A stretch of 64,000 bases of DNA from Candidatus Hydrogenedentota bacterium (lineage in GTDB: Bacteria > Hydrogenedentota > Hydrogenedentia > Hydrogenedentales > JAEUWI01): contig JAXMOL010000039.1 of assembly GCA_034669905.1 (NCBI GenBank), positions 1 to 64,000 on the forward strand. The letters run 5' to 3'. Position 1 is the first letter of the stretch. Each line of letters opens with the position of its first letter. Below the pieces are notes generated by a model. That model was not told where the DNA came from, did not search any database, and saw nothing but the letters and a program-made list of their open reading frames with translations. Positions 27,991-35,718 of the stretch are shown here, piece by piece. Both the position numbers and the translations under genes were made by a program.

Positions 27991-28899
27991 ATGCCGCACA
28001 ACAGGATGGCTCCATCGAGACGGACGGGGCTTTGGGGCCTCGCCCTGCTCCTTGTTTCGGCGATTGCACAGGGGGCTCCAGGGGCCCCTGGAGCCGACTG
28101 GCCCGAGTCCATCGCGACCCGGGTCGGTACGCTATCGGTCCGTTTCGAAAGCCGTTCTTTCTGGACCCTCTACCGCATCGATCACGAGGACGTGCGCCTC
28201 GGTCTTGATACGTGGGGGAGCCACTATGGCAGCGTAGCGAAGTTTCCCGGAGTGGGCTTCATCGGGAGTGGACATACCGAGAATGAAGACGAAGTGTTGG
28301 AGTCCCTGGCCTTCTATGTGGACGGCGCAACGGTACCGGTGCCGTCGGATGTGCCATCAGCCCAGTCGGTACGTCTGGAAAAGTGTTCCCGACTGCGCAC
28401 CCTTCAACTCCATACGGTCGTGACGGTCTTGCCCGACCGCATCTATGAGTCTGTCTCGGTGACAGCCACGGAAGATACACCGTTGGAACTTATGTATCAT
28501 TTCATGCACCCGTGGGACCCGGCAATGACCCACTACGTAGGCGAACAGAGCAACGGAACGGTGCTGCGGGGTACCTTTGATAACGACAAAAAGCAGGAAT
28601 TAGATGTGCCTACGGCGTGGTCCGCCGTATACAACGAAGCGCAGGAACGGGGCGCCCTTACGGTGGTTCTGGAGGCTCCAGATCAGGATTGGCGGACCCG
28701 GTACTGGGACGTCCCCAAGCGCTATCGAAAGCACTATTTTACGACCTTCTTGGCGGGGGCTGTCCTGGCCGGAACGCGCTATGACTACCGTATCGTTACG
28801 ATTCCCTTTCAGGCGGACACAGGCGATTGGGAAAATCGTGCCCGTAAACTGGCCGAGGAGGCACGTGAGACTGCTCGTAAGAATAGGGTATCATATTGA
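27991..28899 (+). CDS. Secreted hypothetical protein (beta-rich, possibly mutarotase-like sandwich)
   Basis: Signal peptide, coherent ORF co-oriented with neighbours, GFIGSGH and YHFMHPW motifs; no family recognised. Confidence 0.65.
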   Translation: MPHNRMAPSRRTGLWGLALLLVSAIAQGAPGAPGADWPESIATRVGTLSVRFESRSFWTLYRIDHEDVRLGLDTWGSHYGSVAKFPGVGFIGSGHTENEDEVLESLAFYVDGATVPVPSDVPSAQSVRLEKCSRLRTLQLHTVVTVLPDRIYESVSVTATEDTPLELMYHFMHPWDPAMTHYVGEQSNGTVLRGTFDNDKKQELDVPTAWSAVYNEAQERGALTVVLEAPDQDWRTRYWDVPKRYRKHYFTTFLAGAVLAGTRYDYRIVTIPFQADTGDWENRARKLAEEARETARKNRVSY

Positions 28900-29108
28900 A
28901 TTCTGGCCAGTGCTGTGCCACCATACGGGAAGCGGCATCGAGCACCCGGGTGTTCGACTGTTTGATGGCGAATTCAACTATCCACAACGGTGGCCCCGTT
29001 TCATGAGCAGCACTTCTTTGGTGGTGTGTCTACGCGTTCAATAAAGACTTAGCGGAAACTTCTGTCATCTGGATCGGGAATGGGTGAGGATGCCTGGTTG
29101 AAGGTGCG

Positions 29109-31409
29109 ATGAAGAACATAGATGAGGAAAGCCTGTCGGCCCCCGGTGAATCGCGTGGGAGCCGTGACATGCTCGTGCTGTCTGGCGCGCTTCTGGCCGT
29201 TTGTTGGACCCTCTCGCTGGTGGGTGCCGTCTGGTCCTGGGAACTCAATCGGGAGGAAGGACGCCTTCTTTTCGAACGGCGGGCAGACCGGTTGGTTGCA
29301 GAAATTCAACGGCGCGTGAGCCTCCCCGTATATGGCCTCATGGGCGCACGTGGACTCTATCGTGCAAGCAAGGACGTGACGCGGAAGGAATACACGGCCT
29401 ATGTCGATTCCCGCAATCTGAATATCGAATTTCCCGGGGCCATTGGGTTTGGGGTTATTGAGCGGGTGAAGCGCAATGACCTGGAAGACTTTGTGGCGCG
29501 GGAGCGTGCCGATGATGCCCCGGAGTTCTCCGTGAAGCCACCGGGCGACTCGGAAGATCTCTACGTTATCAAGACGATTGAACCGCAGGAAACCAATGCG
29601 GCGGCGTGGGGCTTTGATATCGGATCCGAGGCGCGCAGGCGGGAGGCCGTAGAGACTGCCATTCGCACCGGAGAGGCCACCATGACCGCCCGTATCGATC
29701 TGGTGCAGGACGATCTCAATCTCTCGGGGTTTCTTTTCCTGTTGCCGGTCTACAAAGACGGTACGTCGCCGAAGACGCCGGAAGAACGAATGGCCATGCT
29801 GGAAGTCGTGGTCTACGCCCCGATTATTATTGAGCACGCGTTCGTGGGTATCGCGCGCTACACCGAAGACCTTCTGCAATTCGACGTCTACGACAGTCAG
29901 CCAGGGGGAGGCGGTGAGGCGCTCTTTGACTTTGATGCTCACCTCTACGATGTGACGGGACTCCATGTAGAGGCGGCTGGTCGGGGCGGGCTTTATCGAA
30001 CGGTAAAGGAAGTGACCGTTGGAGGACGGATCTGGACCCTTGACGTCGTCTCTACCGCGCGCTTCGACGGTACCATCGACCAGATTGCTCCTGCGGTGAT
30101 AGGGGGCGGGGGCATGTTGCTGAGCATCATGCTCGCCGCCGTGGTGTGGGCCATGGGCAGTAGCCGAATGCGTGCCCTCCGCCTTGCCCGGTCCATGACC
30201 CGGGACTTGGCCGATGCGAAGTTTCGGGCCGACGCCGCCAATCAGGCGAAGTCGGAATTCCTGGCAAATATGAGCCACGAAATTCGGACACCCCTGACAG
30301 CCATCTTAGGCTATGCCGCCTTGCTCCGTGAGGAGGAGGCAGGCGGGGTCCGTACGCCACGTCATGAGGAAGCGCTTGATACGATTCACAGCGCCGGAGA
30401 GCATTTGCTTCAGGTTATCAACGATATCCTCGATCTGACCAAAATCGAGGCGGGGAAATTGAATATCGAGTCCGTGGAAATCTCGTTGGTGCACCTGCTC
30501 ACCGATATCGAGGGGCTTATGCGTCAACGTGCGGCCGTGGGCCATATCGCCATGAAGACCACCTTCCTCAGCCCGGTTCCCGAACGTATCCTCAGTGACC
30601 CCACCCGACTACGCCAGATTCTGGTGAATCTAATCGGCAATGCCGTGAAGTTTACGACCGAAGGCGAGATCAATATTCGCATTGCGCAACTCGAAAAGTA
30701 TGGCCGCGCCCTTCTCCGCGTAGAAATTGAAGATACGGGCGTTGGCATGGATGAGGCCCAGGCCGCCCTGCTCTTTGAGCCCTTTACCCAGGCGGATAAT
30801 TCCGTTACCCGGAAACACGGCGGCACGGGACTCGGACTCGCCATCAGTCGTCGTCTGGCCCAGAAGATGGGTGGGGACGTACGGTTGGAAAAGACCGCTC
30901 CGGGTGTAGGCTCTACCTTCGTGGCGGAAGTGCCGCTGGTGCCCGTCCCGAACACGCCGCTGACCCGTGCCTTGCGAACAGCTCCGAAGGCTGAAACTCC
31001 CGAGCTGACGGAAGAGTCGGAGAACATGACGGTCAAGGGCACCATTCTGATCGCGGAAGACAACGCCGTCAATCAACGGCTTATCGAGTTTCACTTAAAA
31101 CGTGCCGGGGCAAAAACGGTGGTGGCGAGCCACGGGCGGGAGGCCTTGGATATTCTGCTGGCTGCCCAGCCGGGGGAATTCGGGCTCCTGTTAACGGATA
31201 TGCAGATGCCGGAAATGGACGGGTATACCCTGGCCGCAGAGCTCCGCAAGCGGGGTTTTACACTGCCCATCATAGCCCTTACCGCCCATGCCATGGCCGA
31301 AGATCGAAAGAAATGTCTGGATGCCGGCTGCAGCGACTACGTAACGAAACCAATTGACCGTTCGATTCTAATCAAGACTTGTCAGAAATGGCTGGAAACA
31401 TCGGCGTGA
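29109..31409 (+). CDS. CHASE-domain hybrid sensor histidine kinase/response regulator
   Basis: TM-CHASE (FPGA.GFG, IEP...N..A.GFD, L.LPVY, GGR.W)-[15 protein letters not shown]; HATPase; REC (TDMQMP). Confidence 0.93.
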   Translation: MKNIDEESLSAPGESRGSRDMLVLSGALLAVCWTLSLVGAVWSWELNREEGRLLFERRADRLVAEIQRRVSLPVYGLMGARGLYRASKDVTRKEYTAYVDSRNLNIEFPGAIGFGVIERVKRNDLEDFVARERADDAPEFSVKPPGDSEDLYVIKTIEPQETNAAAWGFDIGSEARRREAVETAIRTGEATMTARIDLVQDDLNLSGFLFLLPVYKDGTSPKTPEERMAMLEVVVYAPIIIEHAFVGIARYTEDLLQFDVYDSQPGGGGEALFDFDAHLYDVTGLHVEAAGRGGLYRTVKEVTVGGRIWTLDVVSTARFDGTIDQIAPAVIGGGGMLLSIMLAAVVWAMGSSRMRALRLARSMTRDLADAKFRADAANQAKSEFLANMSHEIRTPLTAILGYAALLREEEAGGVRTPRHEEALDTIHSAGEHLLQVINDILDLTKIEAGKLNIESVEISLVHLLTDIEGLMRQRAAVGHIAMKTTFLSPVPERILSDPTRLRQILVNLIGNAVKFTTEGEINIRIAQLEKYGRALLRVEIEDTGVGMDEAQAALLFEPFTQADNSVTRKHGGTGLGLAISRRLAQKMGGDVRLEKTAPGVGSTFVAEVPLVPVPNTPLTRALRTAPKAETPELTEESENMTVKGTILIAEDNAVNQRLIEFHLKRAGAKTVVASHGREALDILLAAQPGEFGLLLTDMQMPEMDGYTLAAELRKRGFTLPIIALTAHAMAEDRKKCLDAGCSDYVTKPIDRSILIKTCQKWLETSA

Positions 31410-31564
31410 CGATTGGGCTCGGTCTGAATCGGCACTACCCTCACTTTTTTCGGAATTCACTTGATTGGCGGGTGGATTTATGATTAGATGCTTCTTTCTG
31501 GTTCCGTGTCGGTGCGGTACTTACCGTCACGCGGTTCCGATTAATTGTTTACTTGGGAGAATTC

Positions 31565-32692
31565 ATGATGCGTAGCGGTCTCTTCGGTTGGGTAGCTTGG
31601 GGTATGGTGATGGCGGGTATGGGCAGTTTGTCTGCCGGGGCCGCCGTGCACGCGGTCTACGTGGGTACCTACACCCAGGGCGAAAGCGAGGGGATTTACC
31701 GCCTCGAATTCGACGATGAGACCGGTGCCCTCACGCACAAGGGGCTGGCGGGTGCCATCGAGAATCCCTCCTTTCTAGCGATTCATCCCAGTGCACCAGT
31801 GCTCTATGCCGCCGCCCGAAAAGGTGATGCCCAGGTGGTCGCAGCCTTCCGGATTGAAGCCGATTCGGGACTGCTCACGCCTCTCAATGAACAACCCGCC
31901 GGGGGCAATGGCCCCTGTCACGTGGCGGTGACGCCCGACGGTAAGCATGCCGCCGTGGCCAACTATGGTGACGGTACCGTTTCGGTCTATCCCCTCGAAA
32001 AAGAGGGAGGGCTGGGCACCGCGTCCGCCTTCTTCCAGCACACGGGTTCGAGTGCGGACCCCAAGCGCCAAACGGCACCCCATGCCCACTCAGTAAACTT
32101 TGATGAGACAGGCCGCTACCTGGTGGTGGCCGATCTGGGTATCGACAAGCTCATGGTCTACAAGCGGGAAGGGGGTACCTTTGTGCCCAACGACCCGGCC
32201 TATGGCGAAGTGGCCCCCGGCGCGGGACCCCGCCATTTTGCCTTCCACCCGACCCGTCCCTATGCCTACGTGGTCAATGAGATGGGCAACACGGTCACGG
32301 CGTTCCGCTGGGATGAGAAAACGGGTACCCTCGCCGACAACGGCTCCGTTGGCACCCTGCCGGAAGGCTTCGAAGGGGTTAATCACACGGCCGATATCGA
32401 AGTCCACCCGTCTGGAAAGTTTGTCTTCGCCTCGAACCGTGGGGATGACAGTATCGCGGCCTTCGCGGTGGATGAATCCAATGGCAAGCTCGCACCCCTC
32501 GGCCAGACCAAGAGTGGGGGCGTACGCCCGAGAAACTTCACCCAGTCGCCCAACGGTAAATTCCTGCTGGCCGCCCACCAGGATACGAACGACATTTTTG
32601 TCTTCGCTATCAACCCCGATACCGGCGAACTGACGCCTACCGGTGCCAAGGTAGACGTGCCAGCCGCCGTATGCCTGGTCTTCGCGAAGTAG
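31565..32692 (+). CDS. pgl: Lactonase family protein (6-phosphogluconolactonase, 7-bladed propeller)
   Basis: VYVGTYT, NPSFLA, GPCHV, ANY..G, PHAH, DLG.D, GAGPRH, SNRG.DSI, PRNF. Confidence 0.85.
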   Translation: MMRSGLFGWVAWGMVMAGMGSLSAGAAVHAVYVGTYTQGESEGIYRLEFDDETGALTHKGLAGAIENPSFLAIHPSAPVLYAAARKGDAQVVAAFRIEADSGLLTPLNEQPAGGNGPCHVAVTPDGKHAAVANYGDGTVSVYPLEKEGGLGTASAFFQHTGSSADPKRQTAPHAHSVNFDETGRYLVVADLGIDKLMVYKREGGTFVPNDPAYGEVAPGAGPRHFAFHPTRPYAYVVNEMGNTVTAFRWDEKTGTLADNGSVGTLPEGFEGVNHTADIEVHPSGKFVFASNRGDDSIAAFAVDESNGKLAPLGQTKSGGVRPRNFTQSPNGKFLLAAHQDTNDIFVFAINPDTGELTPTGAKVDVPAAVCLVFAK

Positions 32693-32763
32693 CTGGGCGG
32701 TTGCTTTATGGTGGGGATAGTTATGGTTTAGAAAGCGTACGCGACTTTCAGAAGATTGCCAAA

Positions 32764-32877
32764 GTGGGTTAGGCATCCTGCCTGACTAAAAATCCACGAC
32801 ACGTGTCGATGTAGACTAGCGGTCAATCACGTGGACTCGGAGATCGAGGAAGGTGGCGGGGAGGCCGCCTGACCCAC
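32764..32877. repeat. REP pair upstream of the RAYT gene
   Basis: Type A REP GTGG-GTTAGGCA-TCC-TGCCTGAC at 32764-32786 (+); degenerate inverted copy (minus strand GTGG-GTCAGGC-GGCCTCCCCGCC) at about 32855-32877; CGACACGTGTCG palindrome between them. Confidence 0.8.
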
Positions 32878-32959
32878 GTTGACGTCCATTCTCAAGCGCT
32901 GTTTCGAGCGTAGGAATGCTCAAATACGGTGATATGGTGCCCGTCGGCGGCAGGAGCCA

Positions 32960-33634
32960 TTGAACAGCGATTCAATAGAGGAGTCCGAGCCGAGTCCAGA
33001 GTCTGATTCGCCTTTTCTGCGCCGAGACTCGCCTGTACGCAAAGATCGACGACATCTTCCTCATTGGCGTCTAAGCGGTTCCTTCAACTATGTGACGTGG
33101 CGACTCGCTGACTCCTTGCCCCAGGAGAAGTTCAAGGCTTGGGCGGAGCTAAAACGTCTCTGGCTGCAGAAGAACCCCAAACCATGGGATACGCAGACCG
33201 CAGCCGAGTACGGCGAGCGCTTTCCCAAGCGGCTTGAAACATGGTTGGACGCGGGTTATGGCGCGTGTTTTTTGCGCAAACCGGAATGCGGCCGCATTGT
33301 TGCCAACGCGTTTCATTATTTTGATGGCGAGCGTTACGACCTGGCTTCCTTCGTCATCATGCCCAACCACGTACACGCCCTCTTTCAACTGCGAAGTGGA
33401 TGGGAGATAGAAGATGTCAGCCATTCGGTGAAGAGTTACACCGCCAATGAAATCAACAAGGTACTCGGGCGTCAGGGTGCGCTCTGGCAGCAAGAGGGAT
33501 TTGACCACCTCCTGCGCGGTGTGTCTCACTTGGATCGGTGTCTTTCGTATATCCGAAACAACCCCACTGCAGCCCACCTGAAGACCGACGAGTATGTCTT
33601 CTATGAAGCGCCGGGTTTTGCAGATCTCCTGTGA
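32960..33634 (+). CDS. REP-associated tyrosine transposase (RAYT/TnpA-REP, HUH Y1 family)
   Basis: RRHLPHW, YVTWRLADSLP, FVIMPNHVH (HUH), KSYTA, LWQ...FDH..R, YIRNNP (catalytic Tyr); CAGGAG RBS before TTG; flanked by REPs. Confidence 0.92.
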   Translation: MNSDSIEESEPSPESDSPFLRRDSPVRKDRRHLPHWRLSGSFNYVTWRLADSLPQEKFKAWAELKRLWLQKNPKPWDTQTAAEYGERFPKRLETWLDAGYGACFLRKPECGRIVANAFHYFDGERYDLASFVIMPNHVHALFQLRSGWEIEDVSHSVKSYTANEINKVLGRQGALWQQEGFDHLLRGVSHLDRCLSYIRNNPTAAHLKTDEYVFYEAPGFADLL

Positions 33635-33692
33635 TTCTCGACACCTGGCTTACCATAGATGATTGGAGGGTGCGATGTGGTGCAGGGAAATC

Positions 33693-34510
33693 GAAGGTGT
33701 ACCAAAGTGGGTTAGGCATCCTGCCTGACACAGGGACACCCTGGGTTTACTGTGCGCTGTCGCCATGGCAAAGTTACGTTGAGTCCTGTCGTTGTGGCTT
33801 TCGGAGGCCAGTGCCTTGACACGTGACCCCACACGTGTTTGGGGAACCTACGTAACCGTTGTGTCAGCCTGGAAGGCTAACCCACTTTGGTGCTCGTTTC
33901 TTGAACAGCGTCACGGCAAAGTGACGTAAAACTCCAGCCAGGCGCGTCGTTGTGGCTTTTGGAGCCGAGGGGGCTTGTACAAGGTCTCCTCGGAAGTAGA
34001 AGGTGGACCAAAGTGGGTTAGGCATCCTGCCTGACACAGGGATACTCTGTGTCTAATGTGCGCTGTCGCCACGGCAAAGTGACGTTGAGCTCTGTCGTTG
34101 TGGCTTTTGGAGGCCAGGGTCCTGGTACGTGACCCCACACGTGTTTTGGGAACCTACGTAACCGTTGTGTCAGCCTGGAAGGCTAACCCACTTTGGTGCA
34201 CGTTTCTTGAACAGCGTCACGGCAAAGTGACGTAAAACTCCAGCCATGCCCCGTCGTTTCGACCTTCGGGGCCGAGGGGGCTTGTACAAGGCCCTCTCGG
34301 AAGTAGAAGGTGCACCAAAGTGGGTTAGGCATCCTGCCTGACACAGGGGTACTCTGGGTTTAGTGTGGGCTGTCGCCACGGCAAAGTGACGTTGAGTTCT
34401 GTCGTTGTGGCTTTCGGAGATCAGGGTCGTGTACGTGACCCAACGCGTGTTTTGGGAACCTACGTAACCGTTGTGTCAGCCTGGAAGGCTAACCCACTTT
34501 GGTGCTCGTT
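33693..34510. repeat. BIME/REPIN-like tandem array, 306-307 bp period, about 2.7 units with six REPs
   Basis: Type A REP (+) at 33707-33729, 34013-34035, 34320-34342; type B REP (-, GTGG-GTTAGCCT-TCC-AGGCTGAC) at 33863-33885, 34169-34191, 34475-34497; homologous linkers of about 133 and 127 bp. Confidence 0.95.
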
Positions 34511-34590
34511 TTTGGTCCACACGGGGCGGAAAAGATAACAGTCCCGCCTTTGCACGGCACCAGAGAGTGAGTTCTTCTATTCACCATTCC

Positions 34591-35565
34591 CTACCCGGGA
34601 AACAATGCCGCCAGAAATTCTTTCTCCGTGCCGTCAAAGCGCGCCTCGGCTAAGAACTCGAGTCCCCGCTGATTACCCCACGAGTAGTTGATCACCAGTT
34701 TCCCCTCAAACTCGCAGTAGTCGAAATCCGAGTTGTTGCGGTTCTCCGCCTCGGCGATGTGTTTGCGCTGTTCCTCGGTGAAATTGGGGTTGGCAATCTG
34801 CTTGTCCTCATCGCCCCACATAAGGAAAGGGTGGATGGGCGTCCGCTCCCAGGTGATGAGGTCCTTCGAGCGGACCACGCTCTGGGCATAGCCACCCTTC
34901 ATGGATTCCAGATAGAAGTTGTAGTAGAAACCGTCTACGTAGCGGAGACAGTGGGGGGCCGTGTAGCGGTCTTTGGCGTAGTTGCACTCGGGCGGCGTGA
35001 GCGTCCAGGTCTTAAGGTCGGTGGAGCGGGCGAAGCGCGCGGTGAAGCGACTGCCGGCCTCTTCGGCAGGCTTGCCGATTTCAAACATGAGGAGGTAGCC
35101 CTGGGGGTCTTTGCAGAGGGAGGTGTTGAAGATGCCGTAGCCCGGGAGATCCAAGGCGTTCCACCGTTCCCAGGTCTGAAGGTCTTTCGACACAAAGATG
35201 TCGACTTTCTCGCCGTCCCAGATGTCCGTAACGGTGACAATGACACGGTCGCCATCGACCGCCGCGCTGCCCAGGTGAAATCCTTCCGCAAAGGCTGGCG
35301 TGGCCTCACCGGTTTCATGGTCGATGAAACGGGAGTAGGATTTCCCCGTGGTGTTTTTCTTGTAGCGTTCTCGGACGTATTCGTAGCGGTAGACCTTGCC
35401 GTTGAACACGATGGGCGTCGTTTCGACCAAGTCGATGTCGATAGTGCCGAGCTTGACGATTTTCGGGCCGGCCGGGTCGGCGTGGCTGGTGCCTGCTGCG
35501 GTCAGGGCGGCGGCGGCGGTGATAGCGCCAAACTGGCGGCGGGTGAGGGTGTGACTGCTTGTCAT
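34591..35565 (-). CDS. Tat-exported five-bladed beta-propeller glycoside-hydrolase-like protein
   Basis: LTRRQF twin-arginine signal from ATG 35565 (GGGAGA RBS); repeated S.DL..W motifs; NNSD.D and YSWGNQ. Confidence 0.78.
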   Translation of the reverse strand: MTSSHTLTRRQFGAITAAAALTAAGTSHADPAGPKIVKLGTIDIDLVETTPIVFNGKVYRYEYVRERYKKNTTGKSYSRFIDHETGEATPAFAEGFHLGSAAVDGDRVIVTVTDIWDGEKVDIFVSKDLQTWERWNALDLPGYGIFNTSLCKDPQGYLLMFEIGKPAEEAGSRFTARFARSTDLKTWTLTPPECNYAKDRYTAPHCLRYVDGFYYNFYLESMKGGYAQSVVRSKDLITWERTPIHPFLMWGDEDKQIANPNFTEEQRKHIAEAENRNNSDFDYCEFEGKLVINYSWGNQRGLEFLAEARFDGTEKEFLAALFPG

Positions 35566-35627
35566 GGTGTTCTCCCTTGGGTTGAATGTCCACTGTAGCC
35601 GAGTCGGGAGTTCGCGGGCAACTGGCA

Positions 35628-35705
35628 GTCTTATGGGACATATAAGTCCTATGGGTCTTATAGAGCACTGTCCCACGGGTCCTACAAGTCCCACCGGTCC
35701 CACAC
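35628..35705. repeat. Degenerate nonamer tandem repeat (8 units, about GTCCYAYRR)
   Basis: gtcttatgg gacatataa gtcctatgg gtcttatag [agcact] gtcccacgg gtcctacaa gtcccaccg gtcccacac. Confidence 0.8.
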
Positions 35706-35718
35706 CGCAATCCATACC

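Noticed and set aside
32960..32969. TTGAACAGCG shared by the rayt start codon region and the short linkers (33901, 34207)
   Set aside because: Only 10 bp with no extension; cannot be told from chance by eye.
32960..33634. IS200/IS605 insertion sequence
   Set aside because: No tnpB, and the motifs (MPNHVH, WQ...DH..R, YI..NP) plus multiple GTGG-hairpin REPs fit a RAYT rather than an IS200 TnpA.
33693..34510. CRISPR array
   Set aside because: Repeats alternate in orientation, the intervening segments are about 130 bp and homologous to each other rather than unique, and no cas genes are present; a RAYT is adjacent.
33631..34653. Repeated short ORFs (33650-33832, 33911-34138, 34170-34379, 34471-34653) as a peptide family
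   Set aside because: They are translations of the DNA repeat; frames, starts and stops differ between units and indels shift the frame.
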